A stretch of DNA of 49,738 nucleotides from Fidelibacterota bacterium (lineage in GTDB: Bacteria > Fidelibacterota > Marinisomatia > Marinisomatales > UBA1611), in contig JABHKE010000136.1 in the NCBI GenBank assembly GCA_018692355.1, positions 1 through 49,738 on the forward strand, given 5' to 3'. Within the stretch, counting starts at the first letter, position 1. Each line of letters begins with the position of its first letter. The notes beneath the pieces were generated by a model, which made no database searches, had not been told where the DNA came from, and was given only the letters and a program-made list of their open reading frames with translations. Made by a program: the position numbers and the translations under genes. Of this stretch, positions 39,310 through 47,573 are shown piece by piece.

Positions 39310-42285
39310 CTACCAGTCCTCGTCGTCACCCCAATCATCTTCGTCTTCATCCCCGCTAAAATCATAACCATTTTCATTAAAATAATCTTGGATGGTTTTA
39401 TCGATGTTCGTTTTCCCTTTAATGCTCCAAACATAGTCCCGGAGTCCGTCCAGCATAGCTTCTGTATCACCATTCATTTTGACAAGTTCTTTCCCCCAGT
39501 CATTTTTAGCACCATCTATTGTTAATAGATCTTCTGTTGGGAGAAATGGCGCCGGCATTTTAGTTCCCGGCATAATGGTTTGTGGTTCACGCAACCATTC
39601 TTTCACCCAACCCGGGTTTAGCCTTTCCTTGGTCAGGGCTAGGTTCGGTGCCCACGTGGAAGCATCTTGTTTCGGAAATGTTGTACCATAAAAATGACAG
39701 TTATTACAGGCACCCAATTCATGGATCATTTCACCACCTTTGAATTCGATGGAATGTTCATTAATGGTTAATTCATCCCGATAGGAGATCTTTTCATTAT
39801 CCAAATGCTGGAAATACTTGATGATGGCATTCCACTGTTCATCTGTGATCTGGTGGAAACTGGGCATCCGCACTTCGAGGTTCGGGCGAATTATAGATGG
39901 GTTATTAAAGAAGCTTAATAGCCAATCTGGATTTGTTTTAGCGCCCTGTGTATTTAGATTCGGCGGAGCGTATTCTGCAGCACCGATATGGTCTACCAAT
40001 TGACCACCAAAATCATCGATCAAGTGGCAACCTTGGCAATTGAATTGTTTGACCAATCGTGCTCCATTCTGTGCCATTTCATCCACACGATTATGAGCTT
40101 TGATTCCTTCATCCACTTTATTGCCATTAAACCCCAATATGGCTGTAGTAATGGCTTCAATTTCTGTTTTATTGAAATCAAAGTTTGGCATCTTTAATTT
40201 ATCCAATGTTGGACTGACTTTATCACGGTCAAAAATTCTAGGATTACCCAATTTTGCTTCAAACCATGCAAAATTGGTATGGTCAATATCATGATGGAGT
40301 CCAAAATCCAATTTTATTGTCGGTTTAGAACCTTCTTCTGTTAAATCTGTCCCTATAGGTTTGGCTTTTTCAAATCCATCAATTGTATGGCAGCCGAAAC
40401 AGCCATAATGCGTAATACTTTTTTTAGCCACATAATCAAGTTTTTGATTCAGATTCATTCCGGCTAATTTTTTTGTAGCATAGGATTCAGGCATTTGTTT
40501 GGACAAGTGGGTAAATGCGACTTTATCCAGGGACATTTCATCTAGATTAACATCAGGTAAATTTTCAAAATCTTCATTTCGGAATGACATGATATAAGCT
40601 GTAATATTTTTTGCATCTTCATCATTCACTCGAAGATTGGGCATCCGGGTTTCCGGATTATATGCTAATGGATCCTTGATCCAATTATAAACCCATTCAG
40701 CAGATGTTTTAGAGCCAATACCAATCAGATTAGGGCCTTGGCGTTTTGTTAATTCTTTAAGAGAAGTTTCAGTTTCAACCGGGTCGGGTTCAATAACATG
40801 GCAGCCCAAGCAACCAATAGATTCAAATAAATGTTGCCCATTTTCAGCATCGCCCATGAATCGATAATCTGATGTGGACTTTTTACCACCATTTTCTGAT
40901 ACAAGATAGGAACTCATGGCATAGATCTCAGCGTCATTCCAGGCCTGCATTTCAGGCGAGATTTGGTTGTCCTGTCCAAATGTAGATGGCATCTTGGTGT
41001 TGTGTCGGAACTTCTTTGGATCTCGGATCCATTTGGCTATCCATTTCCTAGAAACTTTTTTATCCAGGTTTTTCAGATTTGGTCCTACTTTAGATAATTG
41101 TGGGTAATCCTGAGCCAGATGGCAACCATTACATCCCGACTTATCCACTAATGACAGGCCAAGATTCAATTTATCAGCTCCTTTCAGATCCAAATTATTA
41201 TTGTGACACTTAAAACAGGAAGCTTCTGTATAATGAGTTGGTAACATCGGTTGAAGCCAATGGTGCATCACTTCCCAATCATATTCTTCCTGCCAACGTG
41301 CTTTTTCGTCATCATTGCTTGGTGTGTGTGTGGATGAAGTAAATGATGTTCCCCGTCCGCGGCCAGCATGGCAACTGGTGCACCCAAAGGTATCCATGGG
41401 GTGCGAAGAAGCAGATGTAATGTATAGATCTAAATTAGGATGAGTAGTAAAGGGCTGGGGTGCATCAGCAAAGTTGGGATTTTCGATTCCCAAATGGCAA
41501 CTGGTACAACGATCCACTTTGGGAACCGCTGCAAAGTTCACATCATATTTCACATCGCGAACCACAATTTGGTTTACCTTATAATAAGGATCTAAAAAGT
41601 CGATGATAGGTAGGTCTCGAACAACATCCCCGACCTTATTGACGAAGGTCATCCGCTCCCGGTCGATCTTACTAAGTTTATTATCAACAATCGTCACGTC
41701 TTTCAAAACAATATTGAGTTCTTCTCTCTTCAGTTTTACATTTGCCTTCAGGTCTTTGATAGCTTTTTCAGTATCGTCGATCTCTATCTCGGATGCTTCC
41801 TTGATGAGTTGGTACTTATGAAGTAATTCCAATGCCGCCGCATAATCATTTTTATTAGAAGGCCCATGATGGTCTCCATCATCCTGGTGGGCGTTTTCAG
41901 CTTCAACAAGATATTTGAGTCCATCCACTTCAGCCTTTTGGCCCTGGTAGATCATATTCTCATTGTAGTAACGGCCTTCAAGTGTTTTTAAAATCGCACC
42001 AAGATCAACCAATGTTTCATTTTGAATATCTAAATCAGATTGAGCCCTAGCCAAATCTTTTTCAAAAGAGATGCGTTCAGCTGAAACAGCTTCTAATTCC
42101 CGTTTCAGATTCTTTTCAGTGATTCCAATTTCCATTTTCCGGAATTCACGCTGATAAACTTTGAATTCATCATCATTATCATCAACAAAAGTCCAAGCCA
42201 TACTGATCAAAAACAGGATGGATGATATGGCGAACCATTTATTTAATTTCTGAATATCCCAATAGCGTTCGTCGTTATTAAACAT
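39310..42285 (-). CDS. Membrane-anchored octaheme c-type cytochrome, subunit of the Rieske/cyt b complex
   Basis: N-terminal TM, long coiled coil, 8 CxxCH motifs (CTSCH x2, CFKCH, CNGCH, CLGCH, CFGCH, CQGCH, CNNCH), repeated 'P...MP' class-I c motifs. Confidence 0.9.
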   Translation of the reverse strand: MFNNDERYWDIQKLNKWFAISSILFLISMAWTFVDDNDDEFKVYQREFRKMEIGITEKNLKRELEAVSAERISFEKDLARAQSDLDIQNETLVDLGAILKTLEGRYYNENMIYQGQKAEVDGLKYLVEAENAHQDDGDHHGPSNKNDYAAALELLHKYQLIKEASEIEIDDTEKAIKDLKANVKLKREELNIVLKDVTIVDNKLSKIDRERMTFVNKVGDVVRDLPIIDFLDPYYKVNQIVVRDVKYDVNFAAVPKVDRCTSCHLGIENPNFADAPQPFTTHPNLDLYITSASSHPMDTFGCTSCHAGRGRGTSFTSSTHTPSNDDEKARWQEEYDWEVMHHWLQPMLPTHYTEASCFKCHNNNLDLKGADKLNLGLSLVDKSGCNGCHLAQDYPQLSKVGPNLKNLDKKVSRKWIAKWIRDPKKFRHNTKMPSTFGQDNQISPEMQAWNDAEIYAMSSYLVSENGGKKSTSDYRFMGDAENGQHLFESIGCLGCHVIEPDPVETETSLKELTKRQGPNLIGIGSKTSAEWVYNWIKDPLAYNPETRMPNLRVNDEDAKNITAYIMSFRNEDFENLPDVNLDEMSLDKVAFTHLSKQMPESYATKKLAGMNLNQKLDYVAKKSITHYGCFGCHTIDGFEKAKPIGTDLTEEGSKPTIKLDFGLHHDIDHTNFAWFEAKLGNPRIFDRDKVSPTLDKLKMPNFDFNKTEIEAITTAILGFNGNKVDEGIKAHNRVDEMAQNGARLVKQFNCQGCHLIDDFGGQLVDHIGAAEYAPPNLNTQGAKTNPDWLLSFFNNPSIIRPNLEVRMPSFHQITDEQWNAIIKYFQHLDNEKISYRDELTINEHSIEFKGGEMIHELGACNNCHFYGTTFPKQDASTWAPNLALTKERLNPGWVKEWLREPQTIMPGTKMPAPFLPTEDLLTIDGAKNDWGKELVKMNGDTEAMLDGLRDYVWSIKGKTNIDKTIQDYFNENGYDFSGDEDEDDWGDDEDW

Positions 42286-42293
42286 GCATAAAC

Positions 42294-43412
42294 CTAAATA
42301 TTAAAAAACCATTCTGGAATTGCGATAATGTATTTCAGGTTGAAGAACCACCGGAGATACATCTTGATGGGCAATGAAAACATGGATAGTCCAAAAAGCA
42401 TTAATGTTGTATATCGGATTGGACCTATTTTTTCAAATAGATCCTTTAGCCATGTTTTTGCTAATAAAATAGGGAACACGAACATGTAAGCAAACACCAC
42501 CAGAAATCCCATAAATTCCCTTAACATGATATTTGTAGGTAATCCTGTGCTGAGCATTTTTACCCATAAATACTCAGAAAGATTCACATTGTTCAATGGA
42601 ACTACTTTATGGGGATCCCAATATTCAAAGGGACCGAAGAAATTCCAATTTGGTCCACGGAAGAAGGTTCCAATTACGATTAGGAAAAGCCACAAAATGA
42701 GCCAGCCATACATAAAAATAAAAATGCCGATCCTCCGTTCCTTAAAGGAATAATACCCGTCCCCTTTGGGATTCGTATCGATGTAAGGAATAGCCATCAT
42801 TCCGAAAATGATGAACATGGGGAAAACAATTCCAGCCAACCACGGATCGAAATACACTAACATTTCTTGGAGTCCAAGAAAATACCAGGGTGCTTTGGAT
42901 GGATTTGGTGTTGATGCCGGGTTCGCTGGCTCTTCCAATGGTGCAGCAACCAAGATTGACCAGACTATCAAAAATACCATAAATAAAATTAAAGAAATGA
43001 ATTCAATATAAACCAAATCCGGCCATACCAGAACTTTATCATCCGGATCATTGTATTCTTCTGGCTTCAAGCCTTCTGCTAACCTATCATCATTGATGTA
43101 CGCTTTCTTCATTCCCAGCCAAATGAAGAAAAACATGGAATAAACCATTAGTACGATTGGAAAGTTATCCGGCTTTGTAAGGGTAATATTGAAGTTTGGA
43201 TCGAAATAACCAACTATAAAGAAAAAAGTTATGAATCCCATTCCAGCCCAAAGCCCGGGTTTTGTCCATAGTCTCCATATTCCCAATTTACGATTGAGTT
43301 TATCAAACCAATCTGTTGGTGGAAAAATGAGTGGTGTTAAAAGGGTTAAAAGGGTAAAACTGACAGTGGGAGCTGAAAGTGTGTCAATTACAGATTTAAA
43401 TGTTTCAATCAT
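42294..43412 (-). CDS. petD: Cytochrome b6 subunit IV-like protein (extended)
   Basis: VWPDLVYIEF, APLEEPANPASTPNPSKAPWYFLGLQEML, IPYIDTNP; extra N- and C-terminal TMs. Confidence 0.85.
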   Translation of the reverse strand: MIETFKSVIDTLSAPTVSFTLLTLLTPLIFPPTDWFDKLNRKLGIWRLWTKPGLWAGMGFITFFFIVGYFDPNFNITLTKPDNFPIVLMVYSMFFFIWLGMKKAYINDDRLAEGLKPEEYNDPDDKVLVWPDLVYIEFISLILFMVFLIVWSILVAAPLEEPANPASTPNPSKAPWYFLGLQEMLVYFDPWLAGIVFPMFIIFGMMAIPYIDTNPKGDGYYSFKERRIGIFIFMYGWLILWLFLIVIGTFFRGPNWNFFGPFEYWDPHKVVPLNNVNLSEYLWVKMLSTGLPTNIMLREFMGFLVVFAYMFVFPILLAKTWLKDLFEKIGPIRYTTLMLFGLSMFSLPIKMYLRWFFNLKYIIAIPEWFFNI

Positions 43413-43431
43413 AAGAATCTCAAATCAGTGT

Positions 43432-44226
43432 TTATAGGGGGCCGGAGATTCCGCCATCCTTTCGGATGCGCCAGAAATGTACGGCCAGGAATATCATCAT
43501 AATAAAAGGTACGGCAATACAGTGAAGCACGTAAAACCGAAGGAGTGTAGCTTCACCCACGAATCTGCCACCCAATAATGCAAAGCGCACGTCTGAACCC
43601 ATATGGACCAAATTAATATCTCCAATTGCAAGCAAAGAAGCACCTGGGCCTTCATGACCAATAAAGGGATGTGCCCTTGCCATATTTGTACCTACGGTGA
43701 CTGCCCAAATTGCCAATTGATCCCAAGGAAGAAGGTAGCCGGTGAAAGATAAAAACATAGTCATGGTCATGAGAAGTACTCCGACACCCCAATTAAATTC
43801 ACGTGGTGGTTTGTAAGAACCGGTCATGAAAACGCGAAGCATGTGTAACCAAACAGTTAAGACCATGGCATGGGCACCCCAGCGATGAAGTTCCCGCATC
43901 ATGCCCAAGGGTACTTGTTCTGTCAGATCTATGATATCTGTATAGGCATATTCCACCGTAGGCCTGTAATAGAACATGAGCAGAATTCCTGTAATTGTGA
44001 GGACCACGAACAGGAAGAATGAAAGTCCACCCATACACCATGTATAGCCAACCTTAACAGCATGTTTTGGTAATCGAGCAGGATGGAGGTGTAGAAAAAC
44101 ACTTCCAAGGATTGCATGCATCCGCTGGCGCCGAGTATGGGGTACACCAGATCGAATGATGGATTTCCAAACCTGGGATTCACCCATCCGTTCTAAAAAT
44201 GATTTTTGTTTATTGTCTTTTGCCAT
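43432..44226 (-). CDS. petB: Cytochrome b6-like (N-terminal cytochrome b)
   Basis: [24 protein letters not shown]...[17 protein letters not shown]-x14[15 protein letters not shown]. Confidence 0.93.
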   Translation of the reverse strand: MAKDNKQKSFLERMGESQVWKSIIRSGVPHTRRQRMHAILGSVFLHLHPARLPKHAVKVGYTWCMGGLSFFLFVVLTITGILLMFYYRPTVEYAYTDIIDLTEQVPLGMMRELHRWGAHAMVLTVWLHMLRVFMTGSYKPPREFNWGVGVLLMTMTMFLSFTGYLLPWDQLAIWAVTVGTNMARAHPFIGHEGPGASLLAIGDINLVHMGSDVRFALLGGRFVGEATLLRFYVLHCIAVPFIMMIFLAVHFWRIRKDGGISGPL

Positions 44227-44244
44227 TGTACCTAAATTGATTAA

Positions 44245-44799
44245 TTAAACTACCAAGAATGATTCAGAATTCTCCCACTCGCCTTTTTCCCATTTAAAAC
44301 TTTTTGTTTTATCTACGAGAATTTGTCCGTCATTTGAAAGAGATACTTTATATCTTTCCAATGGACGGGGTGCTGGGCCTTCGAAATTAATTCCGGTCAT
44401 CCGGAAACCGCTTCCGTGACACGGGCATTTAAATTTTCCTTCTGTTCGCAGCCAATTTGGTGTACATCCTAAATGGGTACAAACTGTGGAGAGAGCAAAG
44501 ATAGATTCTTCGTCTCTAACCACCCAAATATTAAATGATTTTTTATATCGGATATCCACTGTATTTGTTGCGTAATCATTCGGAAACCCAATTTTTAATG
44601 TTTGAGGGGGTTCGAATAATACATTGGGGAAAAGAAACCGTATCATCACTGTAAAAAACCCACCAGTTGCGCCGGCAAAAGCTATCCACCCTAGGGACAA
44701 CCATTTAAAAAATCCACGCCGACCCATTTCTTTTCCATTTTCAGAATTCTGGGTGGATGTACCTACCGATGCGGTTGGGGTAATTTTTTCTTCACTCAT
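44245..44799 (-). CDS. petC: Rieske [2Fe-2S] subunit
   Basis: Tat motif GRRGFFK plus TM; CTHLGC and CPCHGS boxes; GPAPRPL. Confidence 0.95.
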   Translation of the reverse strand: MSEEKITPTASVGTSTQNSENGKEMGRRGFFKWLSLGWIAFAGATGGFFTVMIRFLFPNVLFEPPQTLKIGFPNDYATNTVDIRYKKSFNIWVVRDEESIFALSTVCTHLGCTPNWLRTEGKFKCPCHGSGFRMTGINFEGPAPRPLERYKVSLSNDGQILVDKTKSFKWEKGEWENSESFLVV

Positions 44800-44801
44800 A
44801 A

Positions 44802-45680
44802 TTATATAACTTTGTTGTACGCAGATTGTAATGTTTTCATGGCAGCATCTCGAATCCGAAGATTCTCATCAGTTTTAGCTAACGAAACCAATTTTGTTTT
44901 GAATTGATCCTGTTTCAATAGAGACGAGACTTCAATCGCCACGAGAATCACTTGATTTTTTTCTGCTTCATCCACTTGAGGAAAAGCATTTAAATATTGT
45001 CTATCCATAAGGCTTTCAATGATGAATGCACCGGATGGGTCCCCCATCTTGGCTAAAGCAACGGCAGCATCCCATTGAATATTTGGCTCTTCATCCTCTA
45101 ATAATTTTTTCAACAATGGGATGGATTCTGGATTGCCTATCAATCCCATAGAAATTGTGGCACCGAGTCTCTCATCAGGAAAATCAGAATTTTCAATAAT
45201 CTCTTTTAATTTATTGGATGCATTTGTTGTACCTATCAAACCAACAGCCTGAATTGCAGCTCGCCGCGATTCACGATTTTCATCATTTAATCCATCAACC
45301 AATATTTCGGAATAAAAATTATCCCTGGTAACGCCCATAGCCAAAGCTAAATATGCCCTTACAAGCGGATCATCATGAATAGAATGATTATAAATGGAAA
45401 CCATTTGGTTTTTAAATGAAAGATCTGTGGGAATTTTATCCGGGTTGTTAAACACTTTTGATAACTCAAATGCAGATTGCCAGCGTTTGGAAGCAGAGCC
45501 GATCTTTACTTGGTTTAAAAGGGCTGAAGCATCATTTGTTTCAAAGGTAATGAAACGAAACAATAGAAAGAAAACCGCACCAAAAATAGCGATCATAAAG
45601 GGGATCAGGAAAAAAGAATAAAAAAGAGTATAGATCCTGGTTGATTCTTTTTTAGATAATTGTGTTGCGTTTTCGTTCAT
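44802..45680 (-). CDS. HEAT-repeat protein with N-terminal TM
   Basis: Repeats such as LVRAYLALAMG, SRRAAIQAVG, LEDEEPNIQWDAAVALAKMG. Confidence 0.85.
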   Translation of the reverse strand: MNENATQLSKKESTRIYTLFYSFFLIPFMIAIFGAVFFLLFRFITFETNDASALLNQVKIGSASKRWQSAFELSKVFNNPDKIPTDLSFKNQMVSIYNHSIHDDPLVRAYLALAMGVTRDNFYSEILVDGLNDENRESRRAAIQAVGLIGTTNASNKLKEIIENSDFPDERLGATISMGLIGNPESIPLLKKLLEDEEPNIQWDAAVALAKMGDPSGAFIIESLMDRQYLNAFPQVDEAEKNQVILVAIEVSSLLKQDQFKTKLVSLAKTDENLRIRDAAMKTLQSAYNKVI

Positions 45681-45715
45681 GATTTTAAATTGATCTTTAG
45701 GCTTGATTTTATTAT

Positions 45716-45868
45716 TCAGCTTCCATCTTTTAATTTTTCGATATCATTTTTCAAGTGCTTTGTCAAATTTTGAAGGTACCGCACTTCTTTTTTTAATTTC
45801 ATGTGTTCTCCTAAAAAGATCAAGGTAAAAACCAGAACTAAGATGGAGATCATTGGTAACGAGTCCAT
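45716..45868 (-). CDS. Small single-TM + coiled-coil protein, 50 aa
   Basis: MDSLPMISILVLVFTLIFLGEHMKLKKEVRYLQNLTKHLKNDIEKLKDGS*; TAATG overlap with the upstream ORF. Confidence 0.65.
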   Translation of the reverse strand: MDSLPMISILVLVFTLIFLGEHMKLKKEVRYLQNLTKHLKNDIEKLKDGS

Positions 45869-46014
45869 TATAACTCTTTTTCACCCTCATCTTCTTGCTT
45901 TAATTGCAAGCCCAATAGAATTGGAAAAAAGAACAGGATAATACATCCAACCATGAGCAGTCCAACGGCCCATTCCAGGTTCCGCATGAGCCATTCTAGT
46001 GTGAACCATTCCAT
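45868..46014 (-). CDS. Small single-TM protein, 48 aa
   Basis: MEWFTLEWLMRNLEWAVGLLMVGCIILFFFPILLGLQLKQEDEGEKEL*; starts 7 nt after the upstream stop. Confidence 0.65.
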   Translation of the reverse strand: MEWFTLEWLMRNLEWAVGLLMVGCIILFFFPILLGLQLKQEDEGEKEL

Positions 46015-46021
46015 TGTTTTA

Positions 46022-46129
46022 TTAGAGCACCCATGTTACTAATGTGACATAAACCAAAAGAAGCAATGTACACACAATCATAGAAATGACCTGCGTTTTA
46101 GTTAAAGGTTCTTTTTGTGTTTCAGACAT
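46022..46129 (-). CDS. Small single-TM protein, 35 aa
   Basis: MSETQKEPLTKTQVISMIVCTLLLLVYVTLVTWVL*; the ATG overlaps the TAA of the 432-aa gene (TAATG). Confidence 0.6.
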   Translation of the reverse strand: MSETQKEPLTKTQVISMIVCTLLLLVYVTLVTWVL

Positions 46130-47427
46130 TATTTTGCTGCTCGTTTTGCTTTGACAATGGCAGATTTGATTTTGCCTCTTAATGCTCTGTTATCGAGGGC
46201 ATTGATCTCATCCATATCCCCATCTAATCCTTTTGCAATCAGGCGATCAATTAATTGATCGCCTGATTCACCAGCATCTGCATTACTATTAGATGTTTCG
46301 GGAATTTCCGGCATGGGTGGACGTTCAAAAGTCCCCCGTTTAATTTTAACAATCATGGATTTGGCTTTTCCGCGAATCACTTTATCCTTGTGAGCATTCA
46401 CAGTGTCCATATCTCCATCTAATCCTTTATTCACCAAATATGCCACAAGATTTTCTGATGATAATGCATCGATTCCACCTCCGGACGCAGGTGGTGCACT
46501 ACCGGCAGGTTTATCTGGTTTTGGCGGTGTTACACCGCTACGCTTGGCTTTAACAATGCCTGCTTTGGCCATGCCGCGGATGGGTTTTTCAGGGATGGCA
46601 TTCACAAAATCCATATTGTTTTCCATGCCCATATTAATTGCGTAGTCGATATAATCTTGTCGCGATGCAAAACCGCCAAATTGGTTTGCGCCATCAGCAC
46701 CGCTATCCGTTTGCTCATCTTCTTTGGTGAAATCTACTTTAGGTACAATTATATCTAATTTTTGCAGGATTCGTGATTTGGCCAGCCAATTGAATTGTGT
46801 TAAAAATGAAAAAAGGCCTTTGGACGTCCGCCTGCATGTTACCCAAACACCCAACTCTGTTTCTTCAATGCTAAATTGGACATATTCACTAACAAGTGGG
46901 GATGTCCTGAAAGTGAAACCAAATTCTTTTTCTTTTTCAACAGTAATGATTCGGCATTTAAAATAGGGAGCGATGGTTCGAGGTCGAATTTTAAAGAATG
47001 ATCCTGGTTCAAGATTAAGATGGGTGAAAGAATATTTGTGGACATAGCGATCAATATCAAGGACAGGAAGTGATCGCTGAATTCCATAGAACCAAACATT
47101 ATACATATTTATAGATGTGATCATTTGCCACATGATGTCTTTGGTGGTGGAAAAATGGTGTTTGACAACACTTTCGCCGGTAAATGGGTTCCAGGCTGTC
47201 CAACTTTCGCCAACACCATTTTTGGGAACAGGCGGAGCCTGAAGTTTTGCTTCGGGTTGTTCAATACCTTCAAACTCAAGATCTTTTGATGAGTAATGCC
47301 GGATATTTCCATCTGAAAATTCTATTTCATACTTGGTGGGGTAGAAATAGATCTTCTTCAGAATACCGGTTTCACCGCTATTGCGAACTGTACAGGCTGT
47401 ACCCAGATCGATCCTATTTAGAATCAT
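46129..47427 (-). CDS. Hypothetical protein: small N-terminal domain + SRPBCC/START-like domain + three ~40-aa helical repeats
   Basis: 'KDIMWQMITSINMYNVW...RIITVEKEKEFGF...FSIEETELGVWVT' SRPBCC-like pattern; three 'G(L/M)xx(D/N)MDx(V/I)NAxxxxx(I/L)RGxxKxxIVKxKR' repeats. Confidence 0.7.
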   Translation of the reverse strand: MILNRIDLGTACTVRNSGETGILKKIYFYPTKYEIEFSDGNIRHYSSKDLEFEGIEQPEAKLQAPPVPKNGVGESWTAWNPFTGESVVKHHFSTTKDIMWQMITSINMYNVWFYGIQRSLPVLDIDRYVHKYSFTHLNLEPGSFFKIRPRTIAPYFKCRIITVEKEKEFGFTFRTSPLVSEYVQFSIEETELGVWVTCRRTSKGLFSFLTQFNWLAKSRILQKLDIIVPKVDFTKEDEQTDSGADGANQFGGFASRQDYIDYAINMGMENNMDFVNAIPEKPIRGMAKAGIVKAKRSGVTPPKPDKPAGSAPPASGGGIDALSSENLVAYLVNKGLDGDMDTVNAHKDKVIRGKAKSMIVKIKRGTFERPPMPEIPETSNSNADAGESGDQLIDRLIAKGLDGDMDEINALDNRALRGKIKSAIVKAKRAAK

Positions 47428-47573
47428 TAATAAAAGTCTTTGGTTGTTGATTTAGCATAAACTGTAAAAATTTGTCCTGAATCTAGCCTGAAACTTAATA
47501 TTATGTTTGTCCATTTGAAGTGGAAAAGTTTTACTCGATCCACTAAAAATGTCTCTAATTTTGCCGTCCGTTT

